Below are positions 9,980 to 20,732 of a stretch of DNA of 64,000 nt, one piece after another. Made by a program: the position numbers and the translations under genes. Within the stretch, counting starts at the first letter, position 1; every line of letters begins with the position of its first letter. Under the pieces are notes generated by a model, which saw only the letters and a list, made by a program, of their open reading frames with translations, was not told where the DNA came from and searched no databases. Source of the DNA: Promethearchaeota archaeon (GTDB lineage: Archaea; Asgardarchaeota; Lokiarchaeia; Sigyniarchaeales; SOKP01); the NCBI GenBank assembly GCA_016840085.1, contig JAEOTA010000018.1, positions 128,001 through 192,000 on the forward strand. The letters are read 5' to 3'.

Positions 9980-12838
9980 TCATCTTGTCAATTTTTTATG
10001 CTTTATTTCTTTATTTACAAAATATAATATGATACCAATTGGTATTATGCTAGGAAGTAAATAAAAGATGATTAAATTAAAAATAGATAACTCCAAGTCT
10101 ACTTCAAAATAAAATTGGGCAATAACTCCTTCAGAGCTATCTTTTAATTCAACTTTATATATTTTTGTCCCAAATTCATAAGGATTGATGGTAGGTGTAA
10201 TTTTTTTTACAAGTCTATTTTCTCCATAAACAAATTCGTCTATATTGGTCTCTACTGGTTTACTATTGATATATAATGAAAAATTTTCAGGACTTTCTTT
10301 ATTATATTGTACTAAAATGATTAGATAAGCTGAAGCTCCTTGAGAAATTGCATTCGGAAATGAAACACTTATTATTTCGAATTTAGGTATTAGTTCTATA
10401 GTGAGAATTTCACTGTAATATACTGTTACGTTCTGTAAAATATTCATTTCAATTTCGAATGTATCATTTTTTACATTTTCAAGTGTTTTAAGAAAGAAAG
10501 ATACTGTTTTAATTTCGTTCTCTAGTAAAGTCTCTTCCTTAATATAGGGCTCAATTACACCAGGTTTTGTACCTGAAAAACTCACGTTTAATGACTGAGT
10601 AGCATTTGGTAAAAAGTTAATTAAATCAAATGAAACATAAATATTATCTCCACTAACAACTCTACTTTCATATACTAAATTTTCGTAATCAAATGAATAA
10701 CCAATTTCTATAACTTTCCTAACATTTAGATAAAGTACATTTCCTTTCTTGATCTTAAAAAATATTTCACTAGAGCCTGGAATAGCTCCCACTTTAGCAG
10801 TTAGATTGAAATAGATTGTAATTTCTTCTAAAGAAGTGAAATAAATTTCTTGTGAAGGGGACGTTATTATATCTTCCCCCTCTAAATATGCTGTTAAGGT
10901 GAGATTATCTTTTCGTGTATAATTTACCGTAAGAGACACATTTACTTCTGGTCCTTGGTATATAATACTGCCTAAGCCCTCAATTGTTTTATTTATAACT
11001 CCAGATATGACATTGAAGCGTTTTAAGTTTTCAGCCATACCAAAATATGATTTGTTAGCCCAAATATATAGAGAATAACCATCTCCTATTGGTAAAGTTT
11101 CCTCAATATCATAAATGAATGTATGATTAGTAGCAGGACTAGTTATTTGATGCTCAAACATATTTAAATAAGTTCCATTTGGATATTTCAAAATGTAATT
11201 TATGGAAGCATCTGTTATATTATAACTTACTGTAAACGGTACATAAGAATTATCAGAACGATTGAAATAATAATCTCTATTTATGAATGAATAAGTTGAT
11301 GTTAAATTCAGAACATCTTGATTAAATATATAATTTGGAATTTCCTTAGATATATTATATTCTGAGATGAGAACCATACTACTATAAATTTCAGCAGCTT
11401 TTAAGAATGTTTCGCATAATTTCAAATTTGAATTAAAGTTTTTATTACCATCAGTTTGGGAAAAGTTATATGCCCCATTTATACTATCGAAAAAATGATT
11501 ATCAATTGATTTTGAAACATTAATAGCTCTCTCATAATAAGTAAAATTACCTGTAACCTCGAATAGTTTTAAAGATGCACTCATCATCATTGCATTTGCT
11601 TTAAGGTCAAAATCCTTATCGATTAAATCCTGATCAATCCAATCAGGGTCTGAAGAATAATTATAATATAATTTCACAGTATCATTCCACAAATAAGTAT
11701 CAAGAGTATTATATATTTCAACTGCTTTGTCATAATAAGTAGAAGTTTCATTCATACCTGTTTCGATCCAATATTCTAATAATGTAATTATTCCTAAAGC
11801 ATTTACACTTAAATGATATTCTTTTTGTCCACTTCCATCTGTAGTCCAATCTTCATCAGCATTATGATAAAAAGCTCCACTACCCCACATATTGTAGGGT
11901 GTTCCCAATAATAGGGCGTCCATTGTTTGATTTGCTAATTCATATACTCTTTCTTTTATATTGTTATCATCATCCAAATCGAATTGTTCATAAACTCTAT
12001 GAATTAGCAAATTTGCTAAAATACTATACAAATTGCTTTCTGTATATTTTTGGGTAGTTGAATTATGGTGATAAAATCCTTTATAATGAGTGGGGAACCT
12101 ATCATCCCAAAACTCAGATGAGTTTATTAACGAGAACATCTCTTCAATTGAAATCTTTGGCGTTGTATTATTTATTGAGATATCTTCAATATTATCACCA
12201 ATATTTTCAATCAATAAGAAAATTGGTAGTAGATTGTCAATAAGATATCTATTATTATCTTTTACTTCACCTGTGCTATTATCAATTGATCTTACAAATC
12301 CATATTTGAATTGAGCAATATCATCTTTATACCATAAAGGAGTTGATTTTAAATCTAAATATATATCAAATGTTTCAGTTTGGCTAATTTCTGTTTTCAT
12401 CAATGTTTTATAGAGAAGTAGATTATCTTCGGCATAAATTGTATCATCTGTTATGGTTCCATTAACATCCCCATATCTATAATATGTGAAAATATTAAGA
12501 TCTAAACTAGATTTATAATTATCATCAAAAAATTGACGCATCAGATCTATATTCTTAGTAAAAGGGATTTGAAGCATTGATGTATCTGTTGAAGGGATAG
12601 GATTATTCTGATTAAATTCAGACGTATTTTCGTTTTCATTATTTAACTGGTCATTAGAATCATTTATTTGGTTAAAAGAATCACTAATATAGAGAAAATT
12701 CAGAAAAATTATTAGAATGAAAAATAAACATAGTAAAATCTTTAAGTATTGGCTTTTTTGCCTTTTTTTTTCCCCAAGAGCTGCAAAATTAAAAAATCTC
12801 ATTTTAGCTTGAATAAGACTATTAATATATTGTATCAA
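9980..12838 (-). CDS. Membrane-anchored surface protein: alpha/alpha-toroid (six-hairpin glycosidase/GH76-like) plus Ig-like domains
   Basis: N-terminal TM; helical repeats (FWD..YKGFY, LWNDTVKLYY, LFEVTGNFTYYERA, FFDSINGAY); beta-rich C-terminal half; C-terminal TM plus basic tail. Confidence 0.6.
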   Translation of the reverse strand: MIQYINSLIQAKMRFFNFAALGEKKRQKSQYLKILLCLFFILIIFLNFLYISDSFNQINDSNDQLNNENENTSEFNQNNPIPSTDTSMLQIPFTKNIDLMRQFFDDNYKSSLDLNIFTYYRYGDVNGTITDDTIYAEDNLLLYKTLMKTEISQTETFDIYLDLKSTPLWYKDDIAQFKYGFVRSIDNSTGEVKDNNRYLIDNLLPIFLLIENIGDNIEDISINNTTPKISIEEMFSLINSSEFWDDRFPTHYKGFYHHNSTTQKYTESNLYSILANLLIHRVYEQFDLDDDNNIKERVYELANQTMDALLLGTPYNMWGSGAFYHNADEDWTTDGSGQKEYHLSVNALGIITLLEYWIETGMNETSTYYDKAVEIYNTLDTYLWNDTVKLYYNYSSDPDWIDQDLIDKDFDLKANAMMMSASLKLFEVTGNFTYYERAINVSKSIDNHFFDSINGAYNFSQTDGNKNFNSNLKLCETFLKAAEIYSSMVLISEYNISKEIPNYIFNQDVLNLTSTYSFINRDYYFNRSDNSYVPFTVSYNITDASINYILKYPNGTYLNMFEHQITSPATNHTFIYDIEETLPIGDGYSLYIWANKSYFGMAENLKRFNVISGVINKTIEGLGSIIYQGPEVNVSLTVNYTRKDNLTLTAYLEGEDIITSPSQEIYFTSLEEITIYFNLTAKVGAIPGSSEIFFKIKKGNVLYLNVRKVIEIGYSFDYENLVYESRVVSGDNIYVSFDLINFLPNATQSLNVSFSGTKPGVIEPYIKEETLLENEIKTVSFFLKTLENVKNDTFEIEMNILQNVTVYYSEILTIELIPKFEIISVSFPNAISQGASAYLIILVQYNKESPENFSLYINSKPVETNIDEFVYGENRLVKKITPTINPYEFGTKIYKVELKDSSEGVIAQFYFEVDLELSIFNLIIFYLLPSIIPIGIILYFVNKEIKHKKLTR

Positions 12839-12914
12839 AAGTTTTATTTTAGAATTATATTTTTAAAAAATCCTTCTCTTTAAAATTTTTTTAGAAGGTA
12901 GCTCAAAAAACATA

Positions 12915-14432
12915 TTATTTAGTAAAATTGATATTATTATGTTCTTCTTGCTTCTTTTTAATAATTTCAGAAAGATCTGAGATTTTTACTCTCATCTGTT
13001 CCATTGAATCACGGTCTCTAATTGTTACCGTATTATCTTCTATAGAATCATAATCGATTGTAATGCAATATGGAGTTCCCAGTTCGTCTTGCCTTCGATA
13101 TCGTTTTCCTATAGAACCTGTTGCATCAAAGAAGGAACCAATACGATTTTCCAATAATTCTCGATGCACCTTTAAAGCTAATTTTCTTATGTTTTCTTTA
13201 TTTCTAACGAGGGGAAATACTGCCACAGTATTTGGTGCTAAATTTGGATTTATCTTTAGAATTAATCTTCCCTCTTCAACATTAAAAGTAGATTCGAGTA
13301 AAGTATAAATAATTCTATCGATCCCAAACGCGATTTCAAGAACTTGGGGTATTTCCTTTACGGTCGGGTCGACACCCATACTTACTTCAAAATTTTGTTT
13401 TGAATATTCGGCATGTCTTTTCAAGTCATAATCAGTCCTATCATGTATCCCACATATCTCAACCCATCCATATTGCATTGTTTTAATTTCTAAATCCCAC
13501 GCATCATCAGCATAATGAGCTCGTTCATTAAGAGAATGCTGCCTAAATCGAATTAATTCTTCAGGAATACCTAAAATTTTTGTAAGATAATAAGACACAT
13601 AAAGACAATATGCATAAGCAGGTTTTTTAAGAATTTTATCTATGATAGCTTTTTCAAGAGAAATAAGATTTGGCTTGTTAATACCATTTTCTTGGAGTTT
13701 CCAATCTAAAAGTGGTAATGCATTATTCTTTACTTCTTCGTAATCTTCATATTCCATTTCTTGTTCTCTACTGATAAATATTTGAAGTTCGAATTGATCA
13801 AATGACCTCATTCGGAGAACTCCTTGTCTAGGTGAGATTTCATTTCTATAAGCTTTACCATATTGGTAAATTTTGATAGGATATTGCCTACGCGCATCTT
13901 GATCCAAGCGATTGAAAAGTAAATATGTAGTTGTTGCTGTTTCAGGGCGTAAATAAGCAATAACATTATTTCCCACAGAGGTTTTCAACATCAAATTATA
14001 TTCTTCAATTTTTTGCATACTATTTCCGCATTTGGGGCAAATTAATTTATGTTTTTTAATTAGTTTCTCCATTTCCTCAAATGACAAACCATCAACCATA
14101 AGATCAGGAAGATTTTCTTGAAGAAATTTATCTGCTCGATATAATGTATTGCATTTAATACACCTCATTACTGGATCAATAAATCTTTCTAAGTGCCCTG
14201 AAGCTTCCCAAACGATACTTGGCATGATTGTAGGGCACTCAACCTCTCCAAATCCAAAATATCGACATTCTTTTCTAAATAGAGCTAAGATATTATTTTT
14301 AAGTGCCATCCCTGCTGGACCATAGGAATAGAAACCTGCAAATCCTCCATAAATCTCTGGAGAAGGTCCCCACACGAATCCTCGGCGTTTTAGTAATGAA
14401 TTAAACGTATCAATGCTATTCTCGATTTTCAT
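12915..14432 (-). CDS. glyS: Glycine--tRNA ligase (archaeal/eukaryotic alpha2 type)
   Basis: KRRGF, EIYGG, WEASGH, YLRPETA, GKAYRNEISPRQG, AHYA, GSIGKRYRRQDELGTP. Confidence 0.96.
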   Translation of the reverse strand: MKIENSIDTFNSLLKRRGFVWGPSPEIYGGFAGFYSYGPAGMALKNNILALFRKECRYFGFGEVECPTIMPSIVWEASGHLERFIDPVMRCIKCNTLYRADKFLQENLPDLMVDGLSFEEMEKLIKKHKLICPKCGNSMQKIEEYNLMLKTSVGNNVIAYLRPETATTTYLLFNRLDQDARRQYPIKIYQYGKAYRNEISPRQGVLRMRSFDQFELQIFISREQEMEYEDYEEVKNNALPLLDWKLQENGINKPNLISLEKAIIDKILKKPAYAYCLYVSYYLTKILGIPEELIRFRQHSLNERAHYADDAWDLEIKTMQYGWVEICGIHDRTDYDLKRHAEYSKQNFEVSMGVDPTVKEIPQVLEIAFGIDRIIYTLLESTFNVEEGRLILKINPNLAPNTVAVFPLVRNKENIRKLALKVHRELLENRIGSFFDATGSIGKRYRRQDELGTPYCITIDYDSIEDNTVTIRDRDSMEQMRVKISDLSEIIKKKQEEHNNINFTK

Positions 14433-14557
14433 ATAGATTTTAAAAGTAATTGATAATATTTGTATTTTAAGAATTACTCAAATTGAAATAAATTTTTATA
14501 CAACTAAAAGATAATAATATTATATTTTTTTAAAGTTAAAAAAAAAATTGATGAGAT

Positions 14558-15409
14558 ATGTTATTCCAAGAAACTCCATTTAGCCAATTTAACGTATGGG
14601 ATTTAATAGAATCTGGTCTATACTTCATCATTGCTGGATATTTCGCTTTATTGTTTTTCTATTTCCTTTTCATAAGATTTCGAACTTCTAAAAAGCTATA
14701 TTGGTTATATTTTAGTGTGTTATTTTTATGTTTAGGAATTGGACGCGTATTTTTCATTGTATATTACTTTTATGCTCCAGAATTATACACTGGTACAAAT
14801 GATGTTGAAGTCGTATCTTTCCTGATGTTTAACTATCGCATGGCTACATTTTTTACGTGGATTGGAATTGCATGTGCTGTGGGAGTTTTAGGGATATTAC
14901 TTTTTCCTCCTGATACAGAAATAGAAAAAACTGGTAAATCACTTAAAGAATGGTTTAGAAATAAAAATAATATTAAATTATTAATTCGATTAGGACTTAT
15001 AACGATTCCAGTAATTATTGGAATACTTGCATTAACATTGTCAGATGGTTATTTCATTGATCCTGATTTCTTGGAGACTTACAATATTACTATAGAACCA
15101 ATAACAGTAAGAATTGGAGGATGGGAATATCCTATTGGTAGGCTTCTTTTGAATTTTGTATTTTTACCAATATTTGTGGCAATTATTCCTTTTATCTTTA
15201 TTTACCTTGCCTGGAAAACTTTCGGTGTTTTAAGAAAATCTTATGCCTTGAATGCTATTGGATTCTTTCTCTATTTTATAGGCAGAATATCCCAAGGGGT
15301 TCTTGATATTGCGGGATTGCCACATTTTGATGCTATACTACCTCCACTGTTAATCTTATTGGCTCTCCTCCTTATGGTAATTGCCAATAACTATGAACAA
15401 CTAAAATAG
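14558..15409 (+). CDS. Polytopic (about 7 TM) membrane protein of unknown function
   Basis: About seven hydrophobic segments; MLFQ N-terminus. Confidence 0.7.
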   Translation: MLFQETPFSQFNVWDLIESGLYFIIAGYFALLFFYFLFIRFRTSKKLYWLYFSVLFLCLGIGRVFFIVYYFYAPELYTGTNDVEVVSFLMFNYRMATFFTWIGIACAVGVLGILLFPPDTEIEKTGKSLKEWFRNKNNIKLLIRLGLITIPVIIGILALTLSDGYFIDPDFLETYNITIEPITVRIGGWEYPIGRLLLNFVFLPIFVAIIPFIFIYLAWKTFGVLRKSYALNAIGFFLYFIGRISQGVLDIAGLPHFDAILPPLLILLALLLMVIANNYEQLK

Positions 15410-15596
15410 CGACAATTTCATTTTACTTTTTCATATTTTTGGGAAAACTCTTTTTTATTATTTACATAAATTTATTAGACAAAGATTTAGTATAGAATTC
15501 AATTTCAAAAAGATTAAAATTTTAAAACTGAATCTCTTTAAATTTAATATATTTAAATTAATATAAAATAAATAGAAAAAAAATAAAAGATAATTC

Positions 15597-17225
15597 ATGA
15601 CAGTCCATGGGAACCAATATTTATTACCTTTTTTTATTAATAAAGTCACAGGGCGCCCAACAATTCAAGGAAATGATGAACTATCTCTTTCATTTTATCT
15701 TTTAACAAAAGATTTAGGGAAAAATCATAAAATTATTTCTTTTTCAAGACTTCTTTGGCCAATCTTAAGCATCCAAGGAGTAATTAGTACTCATATAATG
15801 TTAGATGGATTAAATTTACTAAACAAAAAAGATAGACTCTCAAATCCACCACGACAACCTATGGTAGGTCATATTCTTAGAAATATTGAAAATAGGAATA
15901 AAATTGAACAATTGAATAAATTGATAGATGTATTAACATATAAAGACACTAAAGCTGAAGAAATAGGAGAAGGGGAAGAATCAGAATTTCAAACATTACA
16001 AATCAATGGTTTAATTTATCCTGGATTTCTTCAAGCATTAGTTAAGATAATTCCTTTAATTGAATATAACCCAATTTCTGATTATACTGTATTAGATACA
16101 TCCATTACTACTGAAATTGCTTTAAATATATCAGAAAGGTATCGCGAAATAATAAATACAATGAAAGGCAATGCATTAAGATGGAAAACTCAAATAGATT
16201 TAATAGAAAAAGAGGTATCAAAATGGCTAATAGATCTAAACGTTCAATTAAAAGATGTTGACTCTAGATATTCAAGTCAAATTACAAAAACTTCTTCAAC
16301 AATAGTTCCAAGTCAGGTTGATCAGCAATTAAAATTAGAACAAGATAAGGTTGATCAATGGAATGTTAATGAGAAAAAGATTATAATTGAGAACATAACA
16401 ACTCTATTTAAGACTTCTGAAAGGCATCTTGAAGAAATTATAAAAAAAAATAAATTTTTTACATCGGGGGATTCATTAAAAAGTAGAGTTTATGAAGATA
16501 TTATACCACATTTTGAAAATCATTTTGTTTATTTAAAAGAAGAAGTAATGAAGTTTTTAGAGTCTCTGGAATCATTAAATCAAAGATTCCTAGAATTAAA
16601 AGAGCGCGGATTGCAAATTGATGATGATACTAAAAGAAAATTGGAACAATATAGAGAATCTATTAAAGTGAAGCTACAGGACAGAGATAAATTATTAACT
16701 GAATTTGAAAGTGAAAAAAAATTACAAATCTCTGAATTATATTCTTTAAAAGAGCATATTGAAAGTTTATTTAATGAAATCAAAAATATCGTCCAAATAA
16801 AGCATAATACGTGTTTACAAGAAGCTCAACAGTTAATAGCATGGTCTCTAAATGATAATCAATCAGATTTATTTTCTAGACCTATACAATGGATTTATAT
16901 ACCTGTTTATGCGATATTTTTTGAAGATGAGAATAATTCTGAAGAATATATGCACGTGCTATTTCCTGGATACATTAATAATGACCCGAATGCGATATAT
17001 GAAGAAATTTCGGATCAATTCGTAGCTTTGAAAAATATGGTATATGAAAAACTTGAAAGTGATATGGCCACCAGGTCAAACTTTGAATTTTCTTGTGAAA
17101 GGAAAAATTTAATTAAAGATCCAAACTTTGCAAAGAGAATTCAAATAGGGCTTTCAAAATTAAGAGAAAATGCAATTTTAACTGATGACATTGAAAAAAA
17201 GGTAAGAGAATATATTAATTTATAA
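15597..17225 (+). CDS. Hypothetical protein with long central coiled coil
   Basis: 542-aa ORF; heptad-like E/K/L/Q-rich region at about aa 175-415 between two globular ends. Confidence 0.7.
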   Translation: MTVHGNQYLLPFFINKVTGRPTIQGNDELSLSFYLLTKDLGKNHKIISFSRLLWPILSIQGVISTHIMLDGLNLLNKKDRLSNPPRQPMVGHILRNIENRNKIEQLNKLIDVLTYKDTKAEEIGEGEESEFQTLQINGLIYPGFLQALVKIIPLIEYNPISDYTVLDTSITTEIALNISERYREIINTMKGNALRWKTQIDLIEKEVSKWLIDLNVQLKDVDSRYSSQITKTSSTIVPSQVDQQLKLEQDKVDQWNVNEKKIIIENITTLFKTSERHLEEIIKKNKFFTSGDSLKSRVYEDIIPHFENHFVYLKEEVMKFLESLESLNQRFLELKERGLQIDDDTKRKLEQYRESIKVKLQDRDKLLTEFESEKKLQISELYSLKEHIESLFNEIKNIVQIKHNTCLQEAQQLIAWSLNDNQSDLFSRPIQWIYIPVYAIFFEDENNSEEYMHVLFPGYINNDPNAIYEEISDQFVALKNMVYEKLESDMATRSNFEFSCERKNLIKDPNFAKRIQIGLSKLRENAILTDDIEKKVREYINL

Positions 17226-17239
17226 TCTTAATCATTGTT

Positions 17240-17941
17240 TTGTTGCTTCTAAGTATGCCAAGTTCTAAAATAGAACGGAGAAAAAAGTTAGATATTAAAA
17301 AAAGGAAAATAAGAACTTTTTTTCTATCTATAGAAACTAAAAAGAAAAAAAAAGAAGTAATAGATAAAGCAACAGAAGAACTCTACCAGGATGGGATGAT
17401 CTATTACCAAATGAGATTACCTGTTGAAAAAATTACTAAAGAATTTGAAAACAAATTGAAAGAAAAAATCGAACATAATATAATTCAAGCGAAAATCAGA
17501 GAAGCTACTATAAAAGATCTCGACACTCTTAAAAATATATATAATAGGGCTTGGCTCACCAGTAACACCCCCTTCAGACCAATTAGTAAAACTGATCTTC
17601 AAAAAATCTTAGAATATTCTGATACCATTTTTTTAATAGCGAAAGTATATGGTGTAGATGCTGCATTTGTGCTCCTAGATTTTGAAGGCGAGAATAGAGA
17701 ATATGCAATAATAGCTGCTTTAGCTGTTATTCCTAGATTCCAGAGGCGTGGAGTAGGAACAATTTTAGGGGTAAATATATGGAATTATTTAAAACAAAAT
17801 TATAATAATGTTAAGGAAATTAGATGTGAAGTTTATAAAGACAATAATGTTTCATATGCTTTTATTAAAGGTATTGGTTTTGAAGAATATGATAAAAAGG
17901 TCTATAAGGTAGAAGATTTTGAGATAGAAAATAATCACTAA
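17240..17941 (+). CDS. GNAT N-acetyltransferase
   Basis: IREAT..D, LAVIPRFQRRGVG acetyl-CoA motif, N..S..F...GF. Confidence 0.85.
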   Translation: MLLLSMPSSKIERRKKLDIKKRKIRTFFLSIETKKKKKEVIDKATEELYQDGMIYYQMRLPVEKITKEFENKLKEKIEHNIIQAKIREATIKDLDTLKNIYNRAWLTSNTPFRPISKTDLQKILEYSDTIFLIAKVYGVDAAFVLLDFEGENREYAIIAALAVIPRFQRRGVGTILGVNIWNYLKQNYNNVKEIRCEVYKDNNVSYAFIKGIGFEEYDKKVYKVEDFEIENNH

Positions 17942-17972
17942 TATGTAAATAAGATTTTAAGATATATTATTT

Positions 17973-19415
17973 TTAAAGAAGATAATTATTCTTATTATTT
18001 GTTATAGATTTTATTTTTTCCTCTAATAAATTTACATTATACTCATCATTTAATTCTAAATAATGAGTTCTTGCATTATCGAAATTTCTCAAGGCTAAAT
18101 CTTTCAAACCTCTATTTAGGTAAATATCACCCATTTTATGTAGAACTATAGCTGCCTCTTTAATATAGCCTTTATGCTCGTAAATATTTAATGCTTCGTC
18201 AAAATGATTTATCGCTTCTACATTATTTTCTATAAATTCTAAAAAAATTTTACCAACTTTAAATTTTAGTTCAGCTTTTTTATAATCATCTCCAAATTTA
18301 TGAAATATCTCACTTGACAGATTATAATATTCAATTGCCCTTTCAATTTCTCCTTTTGTCATATATAATTCTGCTAAATTTTCTAAAATCTCACCTTCAT
18401 TAATATTATCACCGATTTCAAATATACGAACAGCCTCAAGACTTTTAAGTAAAAAAGTTTCTGCTTTAGTCGAATTATTCCATAACATATCTAATTTTCC
18501 TAGATAAAAATAACATTCCCATTCCAGTTTAGATTTCAGGTAAATAGATATTTTTTCTTTTACTCTACTAATCAACTCTATAGCGTTATTTAAATGTTCA
18601 TATGCTAGATCATAATCTTCACCAATAAGATAATATAATTTCCCATACTTAATATCTGACTGAATTATACCATAATAATCATCATGTTCTTTGAAGAATT
18701 TGATATTTCTCGTTAAAATTCTTTTTATTCGTTCATAATCTTTTAGTAAATAAAGAACCTCTATTAGATTACTAGACGATTTTATTTCCTCATAAAGTAG
18801 ATTTTCTTGCTTAGATAATTTAATAGCTTCTTGGTAATATTCATAAGAATGCTCTAAATCTTTGATAACAAAATATACGTTTCCTAGATTATTCAAAATT
18901 TTATTCACTTTTTCAGTTTCATCGAGATCTTTAAGAATTTCAAGAGATCTATTAAAATGATATATTGCTTGATCGAAAAATCCAATATCTTCCTGAATCA
19001 GACCTATTTCATTATGACAGATTGCTATATTAAGCAGTTCATTTTCTTCTTTGAAATTTTTTAGTGCTAACTCAAGGTTCTTCATTGCATTAGTAAAATC
19101 TCTTTTTTTATAATAGAGACTTGATTTTTCTATCAATAATGCGCCAGGTATAGGTTCCCCTAATTCTTCTTTACTTGATAACTTATCATCAACTTCTTGT
19201 ATCATTCGGTCAATTTCCTTATCTTCTATAATAGAATTATCATAAAATTCTTCTTCTGCTTCTAATTCAATATAAGGAACGTCTGGTTTATCATAAGAAT
19301 CTTTTAAACTTCTGTGTAGTACATCTTGTAGATTTGATATTAAAGGTTTTTCACAAGATTTACAATAAAACCAATTATCTTCGACAGGTGAGTGACAATA
19401 TGGGCATTTTTTCAT
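17973..19415 (-). CDS. Zinc-ribbon plus TPR protein
   Basis: N-terminal CPYC...CKSC; repeated TPR units (HNEIGLI...AIYHFNRSL, NNLGNVY...YYQEA). Confidence 0.85.
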   Translation of the reverse strand: MKKCPYCHSPVEDNWFYCKSCEKPLISNLQDVLHRSLKDSYDKPDVPYIELEAEEEFYDNSIIEDKEIDRMIQEVDDKLSSKEELGEPIPGALLIEKSSLYYKKRDFTNAMKNLELALKNFKEENELLNIAICHNEIGLIQEDIGFFDQAIYHFNRSLEILKDLDETEKVNKILNNLGNVYFVIKDLEHSYEYYQEAIKLSKQENLLYEEIKSSSNLIEVLYLLKDYERIKRILTRNIKFFKEHDDYYGIIQSDIKYGKLYYLIGEDYDLAYEHLNNAIELISRVKEKISIYLKSKLEWECYFYLGKLDMLWNNSTKAETFLLKSLEAVRIFEIGDNINEGEILENLAELYMTKGEIERAIEYYNLSSEIFHKFGDDYKKAELKFKVGKIFLEFIENNVEAINHFDEALNIYEHKGYIKEAAIVLHKMGDIYLNRGLKDLALRNFDNARTHYLELNDEYNVNLLEEKIKSITNNKNNYLL

Positions 19416-19486
19416 AGACTGGAGAAAACCTAATTTATAATTTAAATTTCTGAATTAAAAATGGGAATATCTTTATTTATAATTAT

Positions 19487-20203
19487 TTAATTCAATCTTT
19501 TAATAATTTCAATTGATTCAGAAATCCTCTTAATTTTATAATCGGGTTTAATTTCTTCTGATTGTAGGTAGGAAGAATCATTAATCCATATCGCTTTCAT
19601 ATCACATTGTTTAGCTCCTTTAACATCTGTTTCTAAGATATCTCCAATATGGATTATATTAGAAGGTTTGCAATTAAATTTTTTTATCACAGTTTTAAAC
19701 AAAATTGAGCAAGGTTTATAGAACCCAATTTCATCAGAAAAAACCAATATTTGAAAAAAATTAAGAATATTATATTCTTTAAAGACTTTTTTTATAAAAC
19801 TACCTGGAGTAATTCCTGTATTAGAAATGAGACCAATTTTATAGTTGGAAGATAGTTCTTCTAATGTTTGTTTAACGCCTGTTTTTAAAGATGGTGGTTC
19901 TGTTAACATTACTCTTTCAAATTCATCTGTGATCAATCTTTTGTCTGAATTTGTTAATCTAACGTTCAAAATATTAAGAACCTCAGAAACTCGTTCTTCT
20001 GTATAAATATGGCGATAATTAATATCTTCCAAATTAATATTAGATAATTTTAATCCCATATTAAATGCACTTCTTACATCCTCAAAGGAACAAGATATTT
20101 TCCTCTCTTTTAAAAATTTAGTAAATATTTTTAATCGAATATCTGAATAAAATTTATTTTCAAATAAAGTATTCCATAAATCAAATGAAATTGCTTCTAT
20201 CAT
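19487..20203 (-). CDS. HAD-superfamily hydrolase
   Basis: FDLWNTL, ISNT, KP, HIGDILETDVKGA. Confidence 0.9.
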   Translation of the reverse strand: MIEAISFDLWNTLFENKFYSDIRLKIFTKFLKERKISCSFEDVRSAFNMGLKLSNINLEDINYRHIYTEERVSEVLNILNVRLTNSDKRLITDEFERVMLTEPPSLKTGVKQTLEELSSNYKIGLISNTGITPGSFIKKVFKEYNILNFFQILVFSDEIGFYKPCSILFKTVIKKFNCKPSNIIHIGDILETDVKGAKQCDMKAIWINDSSYLQSEEIKPDYKIKRISESIEIIKRLN

Positions 20204-20398
20204 TGCATTCTAAGTGAATACTATTGTATATTATATCTTAATTCAATGAATTTTTTAATATTGTTGGTTAAAGAGAATATTCTTCTTTAAATTGAACTTT
20301 TCAAGAAAATATGACACATATGTTATTTCAACAAAATAAATAAAAAAGACCAATTTTTTAGATCCTAATATAAAAAATATATTAATTTGTGAAAAGAA

Positions 20399-20551
20399 TT
20401 GGATAATAAACTGTTCAAAAAGACTTATCCTTACATTTGTAATGAATGTCATAATTTTACTCATACAGAATATCAGTATTGTGATAAGTGTGGTTCAGAA
20501 AACTCCCTAAGAAAAGCTGAAAAAGAAGATTATAAAAATTATCATAAATAA
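20399..20551 (+). CDS. Small zinc-ribbon protein (50 aa), absent from ORF track
   Basis: TTG start; MDNKLFKKTYPYICNECHNFTHTEYQYCDKCGSENSLRKAEKEDYKNYHK, CxxC-x10-CxxC. Confidence 0.65.
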   Translation: MDNKLFKKTYPYICNECHNFTHTEYQYCDKCGSENSLRKAEKEDYKNYHK

Positions 20552-20732
20552 ACTATTAGAAATAACAGGGTTTATTAGAATTTTAATTCTATCTTAAAAA
20601 ACTGGACATAATTTGGAGTTTAAATAAGTAATATAAGAACTATAATAACTGGATAATTTTTTCTGTAAAATTTTATAATTTTTATAATATTGAGTTATTC
20701 ATATTTAAATTAAATTATAAAAATGCTCGAAA

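Noticed and set aside
14558-15409. 7-TM protein as a possible rhodopsin or GPCR-like receptor
   Set aside because: There is no retinal-binding Lys motif in the last helix and no other diagnostic motif; it is left as an unknown membrane protein.
20255-20464. 69-aa minus-strand ORF
   Set aside because: Low-complexity hydrophobic AT-rich translation; the opposite-strand zinc-ribbon ORF is better supported.
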